From Clostridia bacterium (GTDB lineage Bacteria > Bacillota > Clostridia > Christensenellales > UBA1242), in contig JAZRVA010000058.1 in NCBI GenBank assembly GCA_045598865.1, forward strand, positions 15,300-79,299: 64,000 nucleotides of DNA, given 5' to 3'. Both the position numbers and the translations under genes were made by a program. Under the pieces are notes generated by a model. It worked only from the letters and a program-made list of their open reading frames with translations, did not search any database and had not been told where the DNA came from. Positions 1 to 5,509 of this stretch are shown one piece after another (within the stretch, counting starts at the first letter, position 1; each line of letters starts with the position of its first letter).

Positions 1-116
1 TGCCTTTAAATTAAAAGATAAAATTTTTATTCTAAAAAATAAAGGTTACATAAAAAAGTTAACAAAAGAATTTTTAAAAGCTGATTAAGTAAAAGATTTA
101 ATTGTGTATTTTTTAC

Positions 117-151
117 AAAAAAAAGAACTCTAAAATTAAGAGTTCTTTTTT
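117..151. terminator. Bidirectional rho-independent terminator hairpin abutting the tRNA-Leu 3' end
   Basis: Stem agaactc (124-130) pairs with gagttct (140-146) across a 9-nt loop. An A-run lies on the left and a T-run on the right. The hairpin directly follows the CCA end (152) of the minus-strand tRNA. Confidence 0.6.
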
Positions 152-234
152 TGGTGCGAATGGTGGGAATCGAACCCACACGGTCTCCCACACGCCCCTT
201 AAACGTGCGCGTCTACCAATTCCGCCACACTCGC
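152..234 (-). tRNA. tRNA-Leu (class II, 83 nt, CCA encoded); the hand fold reads anticodon AAG
   Basis: The reverse complement GCGAGTGTGGCGGAATTGGTAGACGCGCACGTTTAAGGGGCGTGTGGGAGACCGTGTGGGTTCGATTCCCACCATTCGCACCA folds into a cloverleaf. Acceptor is GCGAGTG/CATTCGC. The Leu-type D arm GGCGGAATTGGTAGAC is present. Anticodon stem is CACGT/GCGTG with loop TTAAGGG. There is an 11-nt extra arm and a T arm GTGGG-TTCGATT-CCCAC. The anticodon was read by alignment to the E. coli tRNA-Leu layout; G37 fits a CUN reader. Confidence 0.85.
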
Positions 235-383
235 ATATTTTTTAACTGAAATATATTCTAGCAAAAGAGATTTGAAAAATCAATAAAAATTATTTAAACT
301 TTTTAAAATTGCAATACAAAAGAAATAAAATGTGATACAATTTATGTGCAATTTAATATTTACATTGCAAATTTTGTTATTGT

Positions 384-458
384 TGGCGTTCCCAGAAGGA
401 TTCGAACCCTCACTAATGGTTCCGAAGACCATTGTGCTATCCATTACACCATGAGAAC
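384..458 (-). tRNA. tRNA-Arg (anticodon TCG), 75 nt, CCA encoded
   Basis: The reverse complement GTTCTCATGGTGTAATGGATAGCACAATGGTCTTCGGAACCATTAGTGAGGGTTCGAATCCTTCTGGGAACGCCA folds into a cloverleaf. Acceptor is GTTCTCA/TGGGAAC. Anticodon stem ATGGT/ACCAT is perfect, with loop CTTCGGA. T arm is GAGGG-TTCGAAT-CCTTC. Confidence 0.8.
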
Positions 459-534
459 AAATTGATTACTTTAAAGTTTATTTTATATTCATAAAATTTG
501 CAACAAAAATATTTTAAAAATTTAAAAGAGAAAA

Positions 535-702
535 ATGTATAAAGAAAGCGAAAAAATAACCACAAAAAAAACTCACGCATGCGGCGGAAACAACTGGACA
601 ATAATTAGAGTGGGTGCGGATTACAAGATAAAATGCGACCAGTGCGGCAGGGTTTTAATGTTAACTAAGGAAAAATTGGATAAAATAATAAAAAAGGTTT
701 AA
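535..702 (+). CDS. DUF951-family small protein (55 aa), absent from the ORF track because it is under 60 aa
   Basis: Translation is MYKESEKITTKKTHACGGNNWTIIRVGADYKIKCDQCGRVLMLTKEKLDKIIKKV. The HxCG..W.I.R.G.D..IKC..CGR..M pattern matches the B. subtilis YyzM-type DUF951 family. The stop codon lies 2 nt before the lepB ATG. Confidence 0.7.
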   Translation: MYKESEKITTKKTHACGGNNWTIIRVGADYKIKCDQCGRVLMLTKEKLDKIIKKV

Positions 703-704
703 AA

Positions 705-1436
705 ATGGAATTTGAAAATTTTTTGGCACAAAAAAACAAATTATATTCCACAACGTCAAAAGTAGAAAAATTTTTTGACAAGTTTTTTAATATAGTTTTT
801 TATGTTTTGACCATATTTTTTGTCTTGTATTTTACATTTAACATTATGTTTATTCAGGCCAGAGTTGTGGGAATATCTATGGAGCCAACATTTAATAAAG
901 ATTTGGTTGCAACTCAGGTGTATGACGAAAGTTATTACGAAAACTCAATTTACAAAGATTATATTTATGCAAACAGGTTTGATAAAGGCACAAATGGTGA
1001 TGTGGTTATTGTTAACATTGATAACCAACTTGTGGTTAAAAGAATTATTGCCACGGCAGGACAAGCCCTCATGTTAAAAAAGGGGCAAGACGGATATTAC
1101 TATTATTATGTTAATGGGCACATAATTGATGAACCATATATTTATGCTAGGGAAGATATGAATTTTTCTTATTACCAAGCGTTTAGCTCAACTCCGGTTG
1201 AACAAAAGCAGGTTGATGGGTTTGTTAGCACAACAATTGTGGTGCCAGAAAATTGCGTGTTTGTTTTGGGAGATAACAGGTTTACGCAGTATACATCTGG
1301 TGTTATTGCCAGCAAAGATAGCAGATTTTATGGCGCAGTTAGCAAAGAAAAAATAGTAGGCAAAGTTAGTTTTTACCATGCCTACAATAAAAATTTTTTT
1401 GAATTTTTGTTTGAAAACGTAATATCTATTTTTTAA
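705..1436 (+). CDS. lepB: Signal peptidase I (S26 family)
   Basis: N-terminal TM helix. Catalytic Ser box GISMEPTF, Lys box VVKRIIATAGQ and C-terminal GDNR...SKDSRFYG box are all present. Confidence 0.85.
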   Translation: MEFENFLAQKNKLYSTTSKVEKFFDKFFNIVFYVLTIFFVLYFTFNIMFIQARVVGISMEPTFNKDLVATQVYDESYYENSIYKDYIYANRFDKGTNGDVVIVNIDNQLVVKRIIATAGQALMLKKGQDGYYYYYVNGHIIDEPYIYAREDMNFSYYQAFSSTPVEQKQVDGFVSTTIVVPENCVFVLGDNRFTQYTSGVIASKDSRFYGAVSKEKIVGKVSFYHAYNKNFFEFLFENVISIF

Positions 1437-2235
1437 TTAAATCGTTAAAATTTGGAAAGTCACCATCGCTTTGTGCATAAACAAAATCGTTTGTGCCAAG
1501 CAAGGTGCTTTTTAATTTTCCAAATGGATTGTCGTTTGTGTTATAGCCAAGCAAATGGTGGTGAAAGAAGGAATAATAACCCTCAGGAGAAACAATTATG
1601 TGGTCGCAAAGTTTTATGCTAAGAGACATTAAAATTTCATAAAGGTCATTAGTAAAGGCAATGTCGTTATCCGATGGTTGTGGCTTACCATTTGGGTGAG
1701 TGTGGCAGATTACAACGGATTGTGTAGGATACTTTAAAATTTGGTTTATAAACTCTCTTTTGTTAACATAAAGCTGAGATGATGAACCACTGCCCAAGGT
1801 TTTAAAACAAAGCAAATCGCCCTTTTCGTTTAGGCATAAATAATAAAACTTTTCGATTGCTGTAAAGGTTACAGTGTTTAGTATGTATTCAATAATTTCC
1901 TTTGCTCCTGGCAAAGTAATTTTTGTTTTTGCACGGCTATTTTTGTAAATTTCTGGCAGAATTGAACAGAAATTTAAAAAACTTGCAACCACTTCGCCAA
2001 CACCCTCAACCTTTACTAGCTCTTCTGGCTTTGAATCAAAAACATTTGCTAGTGTGCCAAATTCTTCCAACAATTTATGTGCTAGAGGGTTAACATCTTT
2101 TTGAGGCAAGACATATGTTAAAACCAACTCCAAAATTTGATGTTCTGGCAGAGAGGCAACATCTGTGTTTAAAATTAAATTTCTAAGTCTGGACCTGTGC
2201 CCAGAGTGAGAATGAGATTGATTTGTTTTTTCCAT
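1426..2235 (-). CDS. RadC-like JAB/JAMM domain protein
   Basis: JAMM motif HTHPNGKPQPSDND (HxH-x7-S-xx-D) plus an N-terminal HhH-like region. Start moved to the ATG at 2235 (MEKTNQSHS...), which has aggaa 7 nt upstream. The ORF-track start at 2280 has no SD. Confidence 0.75.
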   Translation of the reverse strand: MEKTNQSHSHSGHRSRLRNLILNTDVASLPEHQILELVLTYVLPQKDVNPLAHKLLEEFGTLANVFDSKPEELVKVEGVGEVVASFLNFCSILPEIYKNSRAKTKITLPGAKEIIEYILNTVTFTAIEKFYYLCLNEKGDLLCFKTLGSGSSSQLYVNKREFINQILKYPTQSVVICHTHPNGKPQPSDNDIAFTNDLYEILMSLSIKLCDHIIVSPEGYYSFFHHHLLGYNTNDNPFGKLKSTLLGTNDFVYAQSDGDFPNFNDLIKK

Positions 2236-2374
2236 AAAAATTCCTATTACTAAACTTTTAGATATTTTAACATATAACAAAATCTTTTGTTAACAAATTG
2301 ACAAAAATTTTTTTATGTGTAATATTTATCTTACCAAAGAAATAATTAATTTAATATTTTGCAAGAGGTAAAAA

Positions 2375-3238
2375 ATGGAAATTCAAGTAACTGCTGATAG
2401 CACGTGTGATTTGACACCAGAACTTATTAAAAGGTTTAACATTAAAGTTTTTCCACTTGTGGTAACGCTTGGAGATGAAACATATTTTGACGGTGAAGAC
2501 ATAAAACCAGATGATATTTATGCTTACTTTAAAAAAACGGGAGAGCTTCCAAAAACCGGCGCAAGAAGCATTGAGGACTACAAGGATTTTTTTAAACATT
2601 TTACGGAAAAAGGCAAGACTGTTGTTCATGTTAGCGTTGGCTCGGATTTGTCGAGTGGATATTCAAACAGTACGGTTGCCGCAAAGGAAGTAAAAAATGT
2701 GTATGTTGTGGATTCCAAAACCCTTTCTTCTGCGGTTGGACTTCATGCAATGTATGCTGCAGAACTTGCAAAGCAGGGCAAGCTTTCGCCGGAAGAAATT
2801 GTTAAAAAAGTGGAAGCGAGGGCTGACAAATGCCAAGCATCTTTTGTTATTGAAAAACTAAAATTTTTGGCAAAAGGTGGCAGATGTTCCCGCCTTGCTG
2901 CTTTTGGTGCAAATATTTTGGGCATTAAGCCAAGTATTCAGGTTGTTAACGGCAAAAACGAAGTTAGCAAAAAATATATGGGGAAATTACTTAGTTGTAT
3001 TTCAAAATATATTGATGATATTTTGGCAAAATACAACACTCCAGACACAACAAGGGTTATGATAACATATTCCACCGCCACGCAAGAGATGATAGACCTT
3101 GCAAAAGCTAAATTAGAGGAGTATGGCAAGTTTAAAGAAATTATGGTAACCCAAGCAGGAAGTGTTATTAACTGCCATTGCGGCGAAAACACTCTTGGAA
3201 TTTTGTATTTTAATGATGGAGATAAAACCCATTACTAA
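2375..3238 (+). CDS. degV: DegV-family fatty-acid-binding protein
   Basis: N-terminal ADSTCDL motif, typical DegV length (287 aa), and agaggt SD upstream. Confidence 0.8.
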   Translation: MEIQVTADSTCDLTPELIKRFNIKVFPLVVTLGDETYFDGEDIKPDDIYAYFKKTGELPKTGARSIEDYKDFFKHFTEKGKTVVHVSVGSDLSSGYSNSTVAAKEVKNVYVVDSKTLSSAVGLHAMYAAELAKQGKLSPEEIVKKVEARADKCQASFVIEKLKFLAKGGRCSRLAAFGANILGIKPSIQVVNGKNEVSKKYMGKLLSCISKYIDDILAKYNTPDTTRVMITYSTATQEMIDLAKAKLEEYGKFKEIMVTQAGSVINCHCGENTLGILYFNDGDKTHY

Positions 3239-3295
3239 AATTTGCTAAAAGACTGTTTTTAATTGCAATATACAAGTTTTTCAAAAAAAATAATA

Positions 3296-3324
3296 AAAGC
3301 CTTACTAAAAGTTGGGCTTTTTTT
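3296..3324 (+). terminator. Possible terminator after degV
   Basis: aaagcc...gggctttttttg: a short GC stem (agcc/ggct) followed by T7. The stem is weak. Confidence 0.35.
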
Positions 3325-3508
3325 GTTTGCTTTTTTGCAATATGGTGCTGTTTTTGGTTGTAAAAACCCTTAAAAACGGCTAAACATAAGCAAAATAGGG
3401 CTTTTTTATTAAAAAAATGGTTAAATTTGTTAGGAAAACTAAAAAATATATGTTAAAATTGGGTAACACTAAAAAAGTGGAACCAAAATAAAAGGAGATT
3501 ATTCTATT

Positions 3509-3781
3509 ATGAACAAAGGTGATGTTGTAAGCGCAATCGCAAACAAAGCAGGCTTTACACTTAAAGATGCAGACGATGCATACAAAGCATTTGTTGCAAC
3601 AGTTGCAGAAGCACTTAAAAAAGGTGAGGAAGTAGCACTTGCTGGCTTTGGAACATTCAAAGTTAAAACAAAAGCAGCAAGAAAGGGCATCAACCCACAA
3701 ACAAAAGCTGTTATCACAATTCCAGCAACAAAAGCACCAAGTTTTAAATTTGGCAAAAGCTTTAAAGATTTAATTAAATAA
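3509..3781 (+). CDS. hup: DNA-binding protein HU
   Basis: The 90-aa product MNKGDVVSAIANKAGFTLKDADDAYKAFV...GFGTFKVKTKAARKGINPQTK is a near-canonical HU/IHF fold sequence. A strong aaaaggaga SD is present, and an extended -10-like tgttaaaat lies at 3451-3459. Confidence 0.92.
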   Translation: MNKGDVVSAIANKAGFTLKDADDAYKAFVATVAEALKKGEEVALAGFGTFKVKTKAARKGINPQTKAVITIPATKAPSFKFGKSFKDLIK

Positions 3782-3804
3782 GTTTAATAAAATCAAATAA
3801 AAAA

Positions 3805-3840
3805 GCACCTGTTTGCAGTTTGCAAGTGGGTGTTTTTTTT
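3805..3840 (+). terminator. Rho-independent terminator of hup
   Basis: 12-bp stem cacctgtttgca / tgcaagtgggtg (with G-U pairs), 3-nt loop, followed by T8 (3833-3840). Confidence 0.8.
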
Positions 3841-3865
3841 GTGCAAAAAAATGTTTTAAAAACGC

Positions 3866-4185
3866 ATGATACTTTCTTTTGCTCGGACAAGAAAGCGTTG
3901 CCAAAGAGCCCGCCACGTCGTGGCACAAGCGTTTGGTTGCAAGGCAAATAAAATTTGCCACAGGCAACACTTATGCTTGACCACTCCTTTATCCCACAAC
4001 TCACGGTGGCTCGTTGTGGGAGCCCTTAAAGGCGATTTCCCCCGGAGCCCCTTAAAACGCTTTCTGATAGGTTGTAAAAAATTTGTAGAGTTTGTGTTTA
4101 ATGTGAACAAAAAAATTAGTATTTTGATTTCTGCATTACATTTAGGGGAAAGTGGTGTGCAAAATTTTGTGGCAAAAAAGGGATT
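3866..4185 (+). repeat. Degenerate copy (R0) of the hairpin-repeat element family
   Basis: Same component order as the element at 22255-22522. It has the ctttctt/aagaaag hairpin (3872-3895), then aaagag plus a small hairpin gccac/gtggc (3912-3924). An 8-bp hairpin cccacaac/gttgtggg follows (3993-4020), then the box ttcccccggagccccttaaaacgctttctgataggttg (4037-4073). It ends with a decayed R-type end cattacatttaggggaaagtggtgtgc..ggcaaaaaagggatt (4133-4185). Confidence 0.5.
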
Positions 4186-4534
4186 AAAAGAACACAATTG
4201 TTATGCCGGAATTTAGGTTTTTTAGGTCTGAATCTACCAACAAATTTGGGTAAATTTTTGAGTAATTTTTAAAGGTTTTTCCGCTTCTTGCCAACGCTTC
4301 GTTGGCAAAAAAATCGGCAATTTTTCCTTGCTTTTTTAGGCGTTGCAGTAGTGTGGGCAGGGCCTTTTTTATTTGCCCGCCAACCCCACTTGAACCATAG
4401 CCGTGAATAATTTTTAGGCCGTCAATTTTGGGTTTTATTAGTTGCAAAATTTCAATTTCGGTTTCCACTTCCGCCAGGGCTTGGTCCACTGTGAAAGAAC
4501 CATTTTCCACATTGATTGTTTTAAAATTTTCCAT
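4184..4534 (-). CDS. Smr-like (MutS2 C-terminal type) small nuclease-domain protein, 116 aa
   Basis: MENFKTINVENGSFTVDQALAEVE...LKIIHGYGSSGVGGQIKKAL...NSGITIVFF resembles the Smr core (IIHGxG, C-terminal G.T.V). The canonical DLHG is replaced by VENG. The ORF-track extension to 4834 is only translated repeat DNA, so the start is placed at the ATG at 4534. Confidence 0.55.
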   Translation of the reverse strand: MENFKTINVENGSFTVDQALAEVETEIEILQLIKPKIDGLKIIHGYGSSGVGGQIKKALPTLLQRLKKQGKIADFFANEALARSGKTFKNYSKIYPNLLVDSDLKNLNSGITIVFF

Positions 4535-4540
4535 ATAAAA

Positions 4541-4569
4541 ATTATAAAATAAACGCCAAAAATACACAA
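4541..4569 (-). promoter_or_regulatory. Candidate sigma-70 promoter of the Smr-like gene (possibly giving a leaderless mRNA)
   Basis: The minus strand reads TTGTGT - 17 nt - TATAAT - 6 nt - ATG. There is no SD between the -10 and the start codon. Confidence 0.4.
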
Positions 4570-4585
4570 ATATTTTTTGTGTTTT

Positions 4586-4977
4586 AACCCTTTGGTGCGT
4601 TTGCACCAACCTTCCCCTAAAGGGGACACTGAGAGTGAAAGTTGGCAAATTGCAACCGTGCCTAAAGGGGACACTGAGAGTGAAAGTTGGCAAATTGCAA
4701 CCATGCCTAAAGGGGACACGAAGAGTGAAAGTTGGCAAATTGCAACCGTGCCTAAAGGGGACACTGAGAGTGAAAGTTGGCAAATTGCAACCGTGCCTAA
4801 AGGGGACACAGGAAGGAGAGTTGTGTTTTTCCACCGAGTCCCTAAAACGCTTTCTGAGAGGTCGTGAAAAATTAAAAAGTGTACCGTTTGGGAAAGAGAC
4901 GAAAACTTAGCCAACAATCAATCTGTGTCCCATTTAGGGGAAGGTGGTGGGCAATTTTTATTGCACACCAAAGGGTT
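4586..4977 (+). mobile_element. MITE-like non-coding element R1 bounded by inverted hairpin ends
   Basis: Left end (4586-4629) is aaccctttggtgcgtttgcaccaaccttcccctaaaggggacac. Right end (4925-4977) is its imperfect reverse complement, gtgtcccatttaggggaaggtggtgggcaatttttattgcacaccaaagggtt. The interior holds a 45-bp array plus the conserved box ttccaccgagtccctaaaacgctttctgagaggtcg (4829-4863). TTTGTGTT occurs on both flanks (4576-4583 and 4978-4985). Confidence 0.55.
4616..4810 (+). repeat. 45-bp tandem repeat, 4.3 copies
   Basis: The unit is cctaaaggggacactgagagtgaaagttggcaaattgcaaccgtg, starting at 4616, 4661, 4706 and 4751, with a partial unit at 4796. Units differ by 0-2 substitutions. 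The period is a multiple of 3 and at least four reading frames stay open. Confidence 0.95.
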
Positions 4978-5195
4978 TTTGTGTTGTAACAAAAAGCTGA
5001 TTTCGCCCAATTGGACGGCGGGTGCCAAAATTGCCACAATCCGCTAAAAAAGCGGGAAGTATAAAATTTTTAAAACTATTTTTGTTTTTTTGTAAAAATG
5101 TTTGGTTTTATGCACAAACTATTGTAAAATATTACTTGTAATATTATATATTGCGGGCGTGTATGCACATGCGCGAGCTTAAAATGCGCAAATGT

Positions 5196-5371
5196 AACCC
5201 TTTGGTGCTGTTGCACCAACCTTCCCCTAAAGGGGACACTGAGAGTGAAAGTTGGCAAATTGCAACCGTGCCTAAAGGGGACACAGAGAGTGAAAGTTGG
5301 CAAATTGCAACCGTGCCTAAAGGGGACGCAGAGAAATAGTGATGAAAGCACAATTCCCCTAAATGGGACAC
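5196..5371 (+). repeat. Element copy R2 in the leader region of giant gene 1
   Basis: L-type end at 5196-5239 differs from R1 only in the hairpin loop. The same 45-bp unit occurs 2.3 times (5226-5330). An R-type core in flipped orientation, cccctaaatgggacac, follows at 5356-5371. There is no complete right end. Confidence 0.7.
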
Positions 5372-5412
5372 AAAATGTTTTTTTGCAAAGAGAGTTTTTA
5401 TAAAAAACTAAT

Positions 5413-5443
5413 GCACTTTCTTTTGCCAGTTATAAGAAAGTGC
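5413..5443 (+). promoter_or_regulatory. Conserved 10-bp-stem hairpin (HP1) in the leader of giant gene 1
   Basis: gcactttctt-ttgccagttat-aagaaagtgc. Homologous hairpins lie at 22255-22285 and 3872-3895. There is no T-run after it, so it is not a classical terminator. Confidence 0.5.
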
Positions 5444-5509
5444 AAGATGTTTTTAAAAACAACTTTTTGAAAAAAGGTGTTAGAAAAATTTTGTTTGAGG
5501 TAAAGTTTT

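Noticed and set aside
3380-3756. ORFs 3380..3700 and 3499..3756 on the minus strand
   Set aside because: They are antisense to the well-supported hup gene and its promoter and RBS region, and their translations are Cys/Phe-rich nonsense.
4616-4810. The 45-bp periodic array (and the shorter ones at 5226-5330 and 21734-21792) as a CRISPR array
   Set aside because: The whole 45-bp unit repeats nearly identically, so there are no unique spacers. No cas genes or leader are present. It is a plain tandem repeat inside a TIR-bounded element.
4184-5371. ORF-track entries running through the repeats: 4184..4834 extension, 4438..4917, 4577..4867, 4635..4910, 5076..5351, 5144..5371 and 5151..5339
   Set aside because: Their products are just the repeat unit translated in different frames (PKGDTESESWQIATV, VPFRHGCNLPTFTLS and similar). 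At least four frames are open simultaneously because the unit lacks stop codons. No SD or start context is present.
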